Positions 1 through 12,546 of a stretch of 64,000 bases of DNA are shown here, one piece after another (positions within the stretch are counted from its first letter, which is position 1; the number at the start of each line of letters is the position of its first letter). The position numbers and the translations under genes are program-made. The stretch comes from Ramazzottius varieornatus. Taxonomy: Eukaryota > Animalia > Tardigrada. Below the pieces are notes generated by a model. The model was given only the letters and a program-made list of their open reading frames with translations. It was not told the origin of the DNA and did not search any database. The stretch covers positions 186,001-250,000 of the forward strand of contig BDGG01000013.1 of assembly GCA_001949185.1 (NCBI GenBank). Direction: 5' to 3'.

Positions 1-3000
1 CCAGGTTGAAGGTGACCATATCACCGGGAAGAAAGTGGACGGGGGACATGTTAATCAGCAGGGCCGTACCGAATGGTCCATTGGGTGACTTCTTGGGCAG
101 CACTGGGGAGATGGAAGTCTTCGGTGAGAGACCTGGTCGGTATATCATTGGAATCTATAAAGATACACAGCATTATAATTATGGATGAGTTTAATGGAAT
201 AAACAGACGGAAACGTGAGGAGGTACTTTGACAATGAGGTTGGTACTGAGATCCATGGCTTTTATACAGTGGTTGTTCGTGTCGGCGATGAAGAGGACAT
301 TGCGGTCTTCCAGCTCGACCAAGGCTATACCGTTGGGTTCGTCAAAGTGTCTGTCGGTGGATGACAGTGTCGCACCATCGACAGCGACCTCTGCGTCTTT
401 CGGTCGTCCAGCACCGGCGATGGTCTGACACTGCCGAGTGGCTACGTCGACGGCTTTGATCTGAAAGTTCGGAGAAAAGACCTTGTCCACCCAGGTTCAC
501 AAGACCCGACATTGAACATTGAACGGGGTCGACATTGAAAGGGAGAGTAAAAATAATTTACGGTGATGTACCTTGTGGTTGTAAGAGTCGGCTACGAATA
601 ATTTCTGCAGTTTCGGCGAGTAAACGCAGTGCAGAGGATGTTGAAGCCTGACATCGCCACCCACGGCATCCACATCGCCAAAGGCAAACAGATCCTGAGA
701 AGATTCAAAGTTGGAAAACCGACATACACAGACAATCGCACAACACTGTAGGAAATTCCGCTACACCACATCAGCCACACAAATATAGAGCTGGCAAGAA
801 GATTATAGAATTCATTCACCAAATTTGACGGTTTAATGTCCGCACAATTTCTACCATTTTCAAATCTATTCCTGAGCAAAATTTCAATATTCGGTCGCCT
901 TTAACAAATGGTGGTTGAAACATTCAAAACTGGGTTTGCGGTTGATATGTTATAATAGTCATACGTACTGTAGGGTCCCGTGAGCCTCCAACGAGGTTCT
1001 TGACACCTCCTCCCGTCAGCGACACCACTCTGACCGTTGAGCTCTCGGCATCAGCCACGAAGAGGTTCATGCCTCCTTTGTCCCAGCACAAACCGGAAGG
1101 TTGAGCGAAGCCGGCTTTGAAACCGTACATATTGTTGCGGTGTTCTTCTTGTCCGCTACCGTACAGCGACAAACACAGCCCTTTCGGAAACGCCCTGCCA
1201 CATACATGAAACGATCAAGCTTAGCACACAAACCACGAGCTTCGTAAACAGATTCGACAAGGCGGGCTTTCCAAGTGGCGCACGATCGCAGTCAATAATA
1301 CGGAAACATGCGCCACTTGAGAAAGCAATCTTCAAGAGATTGTCATTTCAAGTGGCGCATATTCACAGTTAGCAACACTGGCGACTTGCGCCATCTGGAG
1401 AAGCTCGACAGGATTCCCTTTTTCCCCAGTGGCGCACGATCACAGACAACAACACCGAACACGTGGGTCGCTGGTAAAGACAATCTTGTCGAGGTTGTAT
1501 GTCGAGCTCGAATTTATCCGAAAGCCATTCATGGACCTACTCTTGCCGTTTGTACCACTGGACGCCATCCCGAAGAGCCAGCAGCCATATTTGATGGCAG
1601 CCAGACATGGCGATCAGCAAGCAGTCGGGGTCATAGGGTGGCGCTGCTTGCGAGCTGACCAGGCAGACGTCCCACGGAGTGTTGAGGCTCTGGTGGATAC
1701 CGATGGCACCTCCTTCCTCATCATTCCCCATCTGACCGTTGCCGGCCAAGGTTGTCACGGTTTTAGCCAGTAGATCGATCTACAAAAGCCACACCTGATC
1801 AAACACCCCTTCCTAATAAGGTTTCCTTGTATAGGTGGACCACCCGACCATGGCTACGCTTTCCCCAATGAAGGAAAGCGTATCAGAAGTTCTTGGTAGA
1901 CCAAGTACTGCAGGAGCGCAGCCCGTATCGTAATTATACACCTATAAACACCCGAGGTCTTCTTTCAGCGCGGTTGAAATTTCACCAAGTTAGGTTTTCT
2001 TTTATGGTGGAACTTCCCTTATTTGTACTAAAACGGACCGCTGTTACCAACCTACTCACAACAAAGATGCTTCTGCTACTGGCCAAGCTATTGTCGACCG
2101 TGCTGCTTCTAACCCCCTTTCCTTGCTTCCACCGGAGAGGGTACGCCGGATGTCTTACTTCAAAAATTGCTGAACTCATATCCCACCCCCATGCCTAATC
2201 GTTTTTAGCACAAAGAGCGTCGCCTGTCCGATATGTTTCACATGCCAGAGATGGGTCGCATATCGAGCTACGGAATCCGTCAAGGGAGCTAACTAGACGA
2301 CTATCTCGGCTCTATGCTGTCGAATTACACGTGTTGCGCAGGGATGTGTAGTCTCAACGTGGGCGTATGATTCGCAGCCTACAACGTCAGAACCAAACGT
2401 AAGCAACTGCTAGAGTGGCTACAGGTATATTACCGTACCCGAGTAACCGTAATTTGGCGCTTCACATCATGACCATGCGAGGATGTGGTGCATTTTCAGA
2501 GTTCACCCGCGAAATTCGAAATTTTTTTGCGGTTGCGCTTTCATCTTTATTCTTTTCCAGACTTGACGAGTCAAACAGTTACCTCTCTGATGGCGTGGTT
2601 ACCGGCATCGGCGACGTAGATGACGTCCTTGTGCCACGCAAGGCCTTGAGGTGAAGAGAACGTCGCAGTCTTGAAGGCTCCATCCTCGAAGCCTTTCTCT
2701 CCGCTGCCGACAACATCCTTGAATTTATCAAGAGACCTCAATTATAACCAAGCGAAAAACTGAAATCGCCATACGATAAAATCGATTTCGAAGAGTACCA
2801 GTATAAGGCCGACGTTGGTAGAGATCACTATTCGGTGATGGCCAGTGTCCGCTATGGCCAGTAAAGACCCATCTTGCGACGTACAGAGCTTGGACGGAAA
2901 GGAAAGAAGGCTCGGTTGAATGTTGTTCCGTTCAAGCCGGATCGGGAGGGAATGCGGAGTGATGCGACGCTGGGACTTAAAGTACTCCAGGCCGATCTTG

Positions 3001-3990
3001 ACCGAACTGAAAAGGCAGGTGCGGTGATCCTCACCAATGAGGATGAACAAGATCTATAGAAGAAACAGTCACCATCAGAATCTATTTTGCGATAAATTTA
3101 TTTCGATTTAGAACTCGATAAAACGTGAGAAGAAGCCAAGTACTTCGCCTTCGGGACCGAGAACGACCAAAGTAGGCCAGCAGTTGACGAACAGCATCTG
3201 CCATAGTTTACACTGGGCGTCGTTAACGACGGGATGCTCAATGTCGCTTCGTAATACCGCGTTCAAAACTCCAGAAGAATCCTTTTCATGCTCGAATTTC
3301 GGGGAATGGACACCTGTCGAGAAAAGAACAGTATAGCGTTACTCGCTCGAGCAACTCCAGCTTCCGGGAACCATGCAAAAGCACGCGCATAACATACGAC
3401 ATGATATCAGCACACGTCCAAAGTAACTCATGACGTTAATGCGCAATAGCACGTGTTTATGCTGTAATAGATTACGTCATGCGCGACTTGCGAGAATGCA
3501 GTGTAAAATCGTACCGACGATAACCAAGCCGTCTTCCACGGAATACAAGCGTTCCAGCTCATGCAAATCCGACAGAACATGCTAGAGAGGTAAAAGAATA
3601 TCGAGAAGTTTAACAATTCACACAAGTTGGAGTGGAAGAGTACCTGAGGCGTACCTGACAGTTGACACAGCAGTATGTGAAGAAGTCCAAGACGACCACT
3701 TTGCCTCGTAAGTCTGTGTGGAGACTTAGGGGACGCGTTACATTAAACCAGTCCAAACCTGGAAAGAAACAGCTCTTCATGCTGGTCACATCTTGGGAGC
3801 TAAAACACGGAGCGGCCTTACCTGGTTCAAAATCAGCAGAGATAACTCGATGACTGCTACTCCAGTGCTTGATGTGGTCCAAGATCAGCTCGCGAACCTC
3901 TTCGTGCTGCGCAGCCGTCTTCTGCTTCATCGCTACCAGCAACTCAAAGTTCGCTCGAAAGATGGGCAAGGTATTCGTGTCGTCTGCCAT
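1..3990 (-). CDS. NHLRC2: NHL repeat-containing protein 2 (thioredoxin-like domain plus NHL beta-propeller), multi-exon; 3' end runs off the window
   Basis: ATG at 3990 (MADDTNT). Spliced exons give [32 protein letters not shown]|[36 protein letters not shown] repeats follow: [71 protein letters not shown]. Introns are GT-AG, e.g. 3821-3759. Confidence 0.93.
1253..1492. repeat. Fixed-spacer palindrome family: 3 tandem units in an NHLRC2 intron
   Basis: Left arms at 1273, 1350 and 1427 (77-bp period); spacers 24, 25 and 25 nt. Confidence 0.9.
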
Positions 3991-4353
3991 GACAAGTAGA
4001 CTTCCGAAGCGCCCACAAACTCTACAGACCTGGAAGTGTTTCAGGGGCCCAGGAATGTGAACTAACTGAATTTCCAGGATTACGGGTTTATGGCCCAGAT
4101 ATGCTGACTCACGAGTCACGATGACAGTTCACGCGACATGATACTTCATGTCATGACATGTCATAACATTGACAACAACACAAGATCTCTAGAATCTGTT
4201 TCGAGTTCGTGGACGTCGCTTTGGGAATCGCGATGTTAGACTTTACGGAGAAGCAATTCGAAGGTTGACTTCAAGCGGGCGCCATTCAGCTGGTTGGGTA
4301 AATTGAGTATCTCTCTTCGCTGGTGAAGAAAGGAGAACGGGGTGGAAGGCAGG

Positions 4354-5445
4354 ATGTCTAAAACCGAGGAAGATCGGCATCAGGCATTGCTGACCGCCAG
4401 ATTTGTGATCGACTGGTCACAGGCTTGCGATGGAGAGAAAGCACTCTACTCCCCATCGCAAACTATCGGTAGGTCGACATGGTGCCTGGCAATGATGGGT
4501 CGGCAGAGTAACATGCTGATGCCCGACGGAACCAAAGGGTCAAGTACCTGTGTTTACCTTTGCCATCGTCGCGAAAAGGGTTGGATGCTTGCCGAATTCA
4601 AGTGCACGCAAAAATAAGGTTCGTAACTTCACATATGTTTTCATCCGTTTGTGTAAAACACAGCACAGGTAAAATCGTGAAATGCCGCCCCTGAAACCGC
4701 TATCTATTGCAGTGTGACCGGTGCCTCCACTGCGGAGGAGATCGTGGACTACATTATCACCTATGATGGAAAGCCCCAGTATGCGTCTTACAGCAGTCCT
4801 TTCCTGCTCACGTATGGTGACGCTTACGGTGTCTATCTGGGCTATCCCAAGGCTCTCAAGTTACAGGCTGATGTGGAGTACACGGAAACGAAGAAAGAAT
4901 AGCCACCGGGATGGAATCTGGGGTGGCAGCTTGTTTCCTTTCAGCAAAACTTTCGCACCTTGTACGAGTCGGGAGTTGGCTGCGATTTCGTTCTGGTATC
5001 TTCTGATGGAGTCGAAAAAGCTGTTCACCGCGCTATCCTCATTGCTCGTTCGCCGGTCTTCGCGGCCATGTTCCAGTCAAACCTGACAGAATGCCAAGCG
5101 GGACGCTGTGTCATCGACGATATCCAGTTCTCCGTTATGAATGTTCTCATCAAGCACATGTACTGCGATGTTTCCCGGGAAGATATCCAAAACGGCACGG
5201 CAGCCATCTTCATCGCCGCGGACAAATACCAGCTAGCGTCTTTGGTCAACCAATGCGAGCAGGTCCTCGTCGCCAACATGACGCAGGAAAATGTTGTCGA
5301 CTTCCTCACTCTCGCCGATGGTATCAATGCTCCTTTCCTAAAGAACGCGGCTTTTGGCTTCATGAAGGCTCACTCGGCGGCCATGAAACTTTCGGGAGCC
5401 ATCAAGAAGCTGTGCGAGAACGCTAGCCATGAGCTCTTCACCTAA
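4354..5445 (+). pseudogene. SPOP-like (MATH?-)BTB/POZ gene, possibly disrupted
   Basis: 4945-5445 encodes a clear BTB-BACK domain (CDFVLVSSDG..VHRAILIARSPVFAAMF..IFIAADKYQLASLVNQCE). The upstream segments are in the same frame but carry TAA at 4615-4617 and TAG at 4900-4902, which only weak donor sites could remove. Confidence 0.6.
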
Positions 5446-5637
5446 GTTCTAACTTTCTTTATGCCTGGTTGAATGACTCCAGCCTTACAATTAAATAGCA
5501 GTGGAAGCCGAATCTTTTCCTAGTTTCTCAATTTTCATTCCTGTTCATACTAGCTCTTGCTTGTAAGACCCAGAATCCGATGAACGCGGAAGCAAACTCT
5601 CAGTTCCCGTGCCACCTTCATTGCAGGCTGGGCAAAC

Positions 5638-5730
5638 AAACTCGACAAAACAAGGTTTCCGATGGCGCACGTTTTCAGTGTTCTTGGCTGTAAGCGTGCG
5701 TCACTTGGAAAAACGACCTTCATTGAGTTT
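5638..5730. repeat. Fixed-spacer palindrome family: 1 unit between the convergent BTB and TMEM126 3' ends
   Basis: GATGGCGCAC-N25-GTGCGTCACTT with the outer AAACTCGACAA arm. Confidence 0.88.
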
Positions 5731-5906
5731 CTTTGCCTAGTTCCTATTTCCGGTTCGCTCCTAGCTTTAACACTAGCTCGTAATCTCAACTCAGACACTT
5801 CACAAGCACATAATAATCGTCAGCCTAAAATAGGTCGTAAAACAATAACACTATCAAATTGCCCAAGTACCAAAAACTAACCTGTACTAATCATCAACTC
5901 AAAAAT

Positions 5907-6859
5907 TCAAAATCTATTCTGACCAGAAACAGGCTCTTGAGTCTGCGAAAGAAGAGGGTAAAGAGGCTTCTGTTCCTCATTCGGAGCTTCCACCCTGTAT
6001 TTCTTCTGTAGCAATTTTCGCGAACCATGCTCATAATCCCACACTTTCGCCAGGGACTTCACAGCAAACGATACGAAAACTAAACTAGCGGCCATATGCA
6101 TAACGGAGAAGTATGCGGCCTTTCTCGGTATCCCCTTATTCAAGTCTTTGTAGAACTTCAGCCAGTAGCTGAAATCCTGCCAGCGCGGCATTGCTGTGCT
6201 TCTACCGATGGTGGCGGTAAAGAGAGCAACCGAGGAAGTGGTAAGGATCGGAGCGAGGACGCCGCCGACAACCTGGATACAGGCTGAACGAATCTCGAAG
6301 CAGGTGGGACACATGGCGCTCTGGATGGTGACGAGGGGAGTTAGAACGAAATGGTACTGCATCAGGCCCGTCATTGCCGATGGCAGGAGGATGGAAGGTA
6401 ATGCGCCAGATATGAAACCTATCCGTCCGAGCTTGAGGAACTTCCGGTAGTGGATGTGAAAGCTCATGCCGCTGATCGCGACGAGGCTGCTCAGTATGCT
6501 TGCTCCATACTTCAGCACGAACCTGCAAAATGACGCATGACGTCAGCGAGCTTGCTGTGTAGTTCTAGCCCTCATTGTGATATCTTGCGCAATGTTACAT
6601 GGGCTGCTTGCTTGCGACATGGACTGGCTTGTTGCTCTCAACAGAGATTCCGTGCCGGTTGATAGCAGCTTTTTTGCGTTTCTGCTCGTCCAGCGTAAAG
6701 GAAATTCATAGAAAAAATTCAAAAGAGGAGAGCTTCGACTTACACGTCCGATGCTGGCTTGAAAAGATGAATGATTCCCCATCGCCGCGTCTCGATTTCA
6801 TCCGAATTCTCCTTAAAACCTGGCGGTTTTATCAGCTTCTTCAGCGGATCCTTAATCAT
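5907..6859 (-). CDS. TMEM126: TMEM126 family mitochondrial membrane protein, 2 exons (6859-6744, 6522-5907)
   Basis: The phase-2 intron 6743-6523 (GTAAGT..TTGCAG) joins KPASDV|FVLKYGASIL. The family-like motif CPTCFEIRSACIQVVGGVLAP and several hydrophobic helices are present. Confidence 0.75.
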
Positions 6860-7213
6860 TTCTAATCTCTACGGTTCCCTTAGTATCAGTCAACGCAGCG
6901 AAGTATCTACCACAGAAGAGACAAGATCCGAGAGGCAGAGGAACAGCGGAGCACCAGACTCCACAGGAAACACTGACATACGGTGATGTAAGCCTTACCA
7001 AAGCAGCAATACAGTGGTGTCATAGTGAGTCATATCATTTTGCCACTGGTTGATTGAACGAGTTGATTTGACTACCCATCGTTTTGGTTTCGCAACCGTA
7101 ATTCCACTCCACCGTATTTTTCGGAGTCCGATTCGCTCGGCTTCTTCTCCATCTTCCACCTTGCTGCCTTATGTTTACCGACTTCTGTGACGACGGAGTG
7201 AAGAAGGAGGACG

Positions 7214-10200
7214 ATGGATCTCCCGCCGTTCGTCTTCGGAGACTGGCCTGTCCCACCAGCTCCGCGGGAGCGCATCGCGCACATGTACGATCCCAACAAG
7301 AAGCAGATCTTCCCGGCCATCAAAGACGGATACTACGAGTCCATCTTGGAGCCTGGTCCCTTCATTCCCAAGTACGGTCTGGGTGCCGCCAGCGATGACT
7401 GCGTTCTCCGTTCCATCTCCACCTGTATTCCTTTCGGAACCGCTAACCGCGTCGCCAACCTCCAAGATTTGTGCTCACAAACGCTGCCTTTTGCCATACA
7501 GGCTCAGCAATGGCTACGCGATTACCTAGGCAAGGGCCCTGTCGGAAGGCCTAGAGGCTCGAAGAACAAGAAGGCAACTCCCGAGAAGAAGCGTAAAGCA
7601 GCGAATAATGATGGTTCGGAAAGCGAAGAGAGCGGAAATGACAATGAAGATGAGAACGACGTTGACGGAAAAAATCGATCCGAAGTTCCTTCCACATCCA
7701 CAAAGCCTCCTCCCGGACGGTAAATTTACTACAATGGTCTTCCAAAAGTTTGGTGTTAAAATCTGTTATTCATCTCGCAGAAGAAAATCAACGGCGAGGA
7801 AGACGAACGATCCCGACGAAGGCGAAGATAACAACATCACAGTCGATCCTCTTCTGCCTTTCGTTCCTTTACCCTCCATCATGGAGCCTCGGAAATTCGT
7901 GCCTTACGCTCGTGATGTGGAGAAAGTGGATATCCAGACGAAGCGAGCGACAGCGCGAAGTGGTTTCCGGCGGTTGCCTCTGTTGAATTCACGGTTAAAC
8001 TGGTGGTATTCCGGTGGATGTCTCTCCTACATGCCTCAGTCCCCGGACGACGGGATCTTCTTCTACCCAGAAGGCTGTTTCTCCCAGCTCAAAGCTATTC
8101 CTGTGGATGTTACGGATAAGAGATCTTTCAGACGGATTAAACTGGGCGAGAGGGAAATCCCTTCGATGCAACTGAAAACTCCAATCTACCAGGTAATTTT
8201 AAAGAACAGTGAAGCACAGCCCTGAGTTGCCGGAAGTAATTGCTGGTCAGGGCCGTGCCGTGCTGTTCGGGGTGGGGCACGGCCTTGACTTACCCGAAGT
8301 GCGAGCTCTTCACCTTGCTCTCTGGTTTCTTGCAGGTTTGCACGCATTCTTTCGATGGAGTCTTTCGAGCTCTCATTTACAACAGACTACCAGACGAATG
8401 TGTGGTGATATCGCTCGATCAAAGAAGTGCCGAAGCCCAGATGAAAAAGAGAACCGCGTTTCCATCTCCGCAGAGAGACTACTGGACCCACATCGCACCC
8501 AGCCTGCAAGTACCCGGTGAGGTCCTGCTAGCATCCATGGAAGGTCGAATCGAGATGTGGTCGGTTGAATATGGGAGAAAATTCAACAGTTTTAGTGTGG
8601 GCGAGATGCCGTTCAAGGACGCGGCACCTTACAAATGGACAGGTTCGTCCTTCGCCAAGCGTTTTAGTTTCACAGGGGTGAAAGAACCACTTTTCTCTTG
8701 TTTGTTTGCAGGTTGTTATTTCGGAAGCCATCCGCGGACCGCGTCTGTCGCTACACCGCTGGCCGTAGAATTCTTCGATGCGAGGTTGCGGGTCGATACA
8801 TCGAAGTCCTCATTGACGTTGCTCTCCAAAGGAGCTTACGAAGCGGGTCATGTCATCAACGACATTGTTGCAGCCGGTCCTTTCTCAGGTGAAACTTGTC
8901 ACTAGAAACTAACATTCGGGTGCGACTATGGCAGATGTCTGTTGCTTCCGTTCATAAGCCGCTGACAAATTACCCATAAGCGTAGAAGAGAGTCGTGAAT
9001 ACTGTACGAGATCGCATCCGTGCAATGCTACACATCCACCTTGAAACTGATGAGAGCCGAAGTCAGACATGAAGCGCTCCTGGATTTGTTTCTACTATCC
9101 CAGAAACAAATTCCTGCATTATAGTTTGTGATCTATAAGACCAGAGTTGAAGTATAAACTGAAATTGATCTGTTTACTTTCGCAGGTAGAACTTCCTACC
9201 ACGTGGTGATCAGTACTAAGGAGATCCTCCTGCTCGACGAACGCTTCCCTGGCCATGCTGTCCTCCGCTACCCTTCCCAAGCCACCACTTCGCCATTCTA
9301 CCTTCGAGCCGTAGCCGACGTCATTGGTTCCAACGGTATGATCCTTGCCGGAAGTCAGATGTCCCAGCAAGTCTTCTGCTTAGAAACCTCACTCGGCACC
9401 TCAGGTATGTCTGTCTTCTTTTCCCTTCGCTCATACGAGTTTGTCATTACTGCACCATCAGGCAGTATATACGTTGGCTTCTGTTAGGTTTGAGGGAACC
9501 CACAGTTGCTCGTATGCCTTCCCTGCCCTTCCTGGCAGCCACGCCTCGACAGCTAGGTCCCCAGATCATCCAAGCAGGCATCGAGTTGCCTTTCACCGTG
9601 AGTGACCGTCTGGAGAAGCCACTAATTGGAATGGACGCCGTGGTACAGAGTGGCGGGAGTGGCATGACCATCGCTTCGCTAACGGCACTCGGCGACCTTT
9701 TCTTGCAGTCATTCGAGTTGGTGGACAAGGAGGGCTACATTGTGGATGGGAACCACTGCTACTCGTCTGTCCATTCCGAGGTTCGACTTTACTTCGTTAT
9801 GTCCAGTTGAAGTTCTGCTCGTCCATTCTAGAACAAAAGTAACTCCAAGTTTCTCGAAAGGTCAAAGATAGGTGAACAAACCCAACAAGATTCTTCTCTC
9901 GAGTGGCGCACGCTTCTAGCTAAGAAAACCGAATGTGTGCGCCACTTGAGAAAACTGTCTTGTCAAGTCTGTTTGCCGAGCTCCCATTTTCTGATGTTAT
10001 CATTCTCCTTCTTGTGTTGCAGGTGCAGTTGGGCAAGAAAGAACGGAAACACGTGGAGCAATGGATAGCAGACACGGTTACTCAAGTAGCTGATCCCACG
10101 ATGCATGATTTTGTGGGTCCTTTCACACCAGCTTCCGGGGACAAAATAACCGAGGAAATGGCGGTTACTTTCAAAGACTGCGTGACGGAGGCGAGACACC

Positions 10201-11277
10201 GGAAGCCTCATCCCGACTGTCCACGCTGTCATGAAGTGAAGGGCTATACCCTCAGTCGTGACCAAAACGTAAGGCAAAATTGGCGCACGTAAGACCACGT
10301 GCGCCGTAAAACGCCGAAACGTTCTGCTAGTTGAATTCTCGTGTCTTTTTTCCCAAAGAAAATACCGTAATGCTACCAAATTATCGCGCATTCAACCAGG
10401 TGAACAGTAAACGATGCCCGGGTGAGAGTCAGCGAGGCTAAACTGATAACATCTGATCACACTGGGCAGCGATGACTCATCACGTGGTTCAGTGCGCGAT
10501 AATTTGGTAGCACTACGGTATTTAAAACAGAAGTACTAAAACCTAACCGAGCAAACTCGGCAAGATAGTTTTCCCAAGTGACGCACGCTTTCAGACTTTA
10601 ACAGTGTTAACTTGCGCCACTTGAACAAACGATCTTGTCGAGTTAGTTTGCCCCAACTGTTTTTTGGATATTTTTTACCGCTACTTTTCTGTGTGTAGCT
10701 TCCTGCCGACCAGCGGTGCGAAGTCTGCCGAATGCTCGTGAAAGACGAACGAACCATCCGGCACACAGGACCCAACAAGTTCTGCTACATCGAAGAGAAC
10801 AACACAACAGAACCCGTCAAGCTCCCCGCCGGTCTCCAACGCGAAGACCGCCTCCGGGAGATGGGTCTCTCGAACCGTATCATCCACAGGATACTAACGA
10901 AGTGTTACGGTGAAGACCTGCCGACAGCCGGACTACAGCCTGAAGAGGGCGAACTGCCACCGCCCATCGAGAGGCGATCGAAGAAGAGCGCGCGTCAAGA
11001 AGAACTTTTCCAGACACTGCTACAGGAAGCCGCGCAATTCGAAGGGAGTGACGTGGTAGAAGATGAAGCTGATGGGGATACGGTCATTCTCATGCAGCCG
11101 CCATCGCAACCGGAACCTGCGAGTAGCCGGTGGCGAGGTGGGAACGATGTGGATGAGTTCGACGATGGTCCGCTGACGCAAATGCAACCGCTAGCCACTT
11201 CCACACAACAAGAGCAACCTGCTGGGTCTTCGGCCAAGAAGAGCGCAAAGAAACCTAAACGTCTGATGGGATTCTAA
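7214..11277 (+). CDS. TAF1C: TATA-binding protein-associated factor of RNA polymerase I, subunit C (SL1 complex), multi-exon
   Basis: A chain of exon ORFs runs from MDLP.. at 7214, with WD-like segments (LLASMEGRIEMW, VEFFDAR, ILLLDERFPGHAVLRY). The C-terminus KKPKRLMGF* resembles the KKPRMGF ending of TAF1C as I recall it. Confidence 0.75.
9878..9968. repeat. Fixed-spacer palindrome family: 1 unit in a TAF1C intron
   Basis: GAGTGGCGCAC(9901)-N25-GTGCGCCACTT. Confidence 0.9.
10553..10644. repeat. Fixed-spacer palindrome family: 1 unit in the last TAF1C intron
   Basis: AAACTCGGCAAGATAGTTTTCCCAAGTGACGCAC-N25-TTGCGCCACTTGAACAAACGATCTTGTCGAGTT. Confidence 0.9.
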
Positions 11278-11658
11278 TTTTTCCCAATATTACCCGCGAC
11301 ACTCACTTCGTCTTTCAAAGTGAAGTTCCTTGTTATTTGTGGCAACACGGAAGCTGACGGATAGCTTCAATTTGGACCGACGAAATTGGCTGTTTTTGAG
11401 TTGTCAACTTGCTCAGAATTTCTCCTCTGACGAACTATATTTTTTGATGATTTTTGAAGAGTCATTTCAACTGAAGATTCGTTTGGAGAACCAAAGAACG
11501 AAGAAAGGGCTCGGAAACGTGAATTTATTTTCTTGACGCATTTGATTCTGCTCACTGTTCTTCAATGCTAATCGCAGTTACAGCAAGGTGGTGTTTGCTG
11601 CCCGGAGCAATCAAGGTAACTGGCTTAGCTCATTTGCGTTCGGCTTGTTTTGCGTGAT

Positions 11659-12286
11659 TTATGGGGGTAGGCCGAACTCCGTCGGAGGCGGGGCTGCAGG
11701 CTGCACACGCCGCAAATAATTTTCCTGCTGCCTTGAATTTTCTTTTTGGGGCACAAATTCATTTTCAACGTTCAATGCCGCGTATTCACGACTTTCTCTG
11801 ATTCCTTCCAAATTCTGGACACGTCTCACGGTAAGTCTCGCATATTCCTCCTGATGTGAGAAATTCCAGCAGACTCCGTTTGATTTTATGTTGTAACGAG
11901 AGAGGTTGATGACTGTGGGAGCAAAATTTGCGAAAATTTCACCGACAGAAGGCTGAAATATGGCTGGATCATCCTCGACATTTTTCTGCAGAAGTTTCTC
12001 GATGATCCCGTTTCTCATAAGTGGTGTTAGATTTTAGAGTAGAGTGAGTTAGATTTTCCAGCAAGGCTCCGGGTGGGGATAAATTTTGTTGACGGGATAG
12101 GAATTTTCCATGTTGATGAGGTAATTTTCTGTCGATTATCGCAAATTTGGAAAACAACCCGACATTTTTTGCGTAATGGGATCACGTGGCATAGCGTACG
12201 TTATTAGTTCGCCGTTCGTCACCTGACGTTCATTCCGTAATGTTGGTAGTTTTGCCAATGCTTTTGAGCTAGACCGTGCAGCCATT
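11659..12286 (-). pseudogene. Three overlapping ORFs in different frames; possible frameshifted gene remnant of unknown family
   Basis: ORFs 12136-12369, 11969-12157 and 11659-12018 overlap end to end. No domain was recognised. Confidence 0.25.
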
Positions 12287-12546
12287 ATTATGACTTGATA
12301 TATAGTGGACGGATACCGCAAGTAAGGTGTGAAATTTGCGGTCTGGACGATTGCAAGCAAATCAATCAAGGGATCGCTGTGGTGATTTTATACCGTACCG
12401 TTTTCTGGTACCGAACTTCATAAGGCTTACCGCCAAATATCATTTTCTTGATTCTGAATTTCTTGTACTTTCTTGCTCACTACTGCGGTCCGACATTCTA
12501 TTCCTGTTTACAGATCCGTTTAGCGATACTTCCCTTTCCGGTCAAG

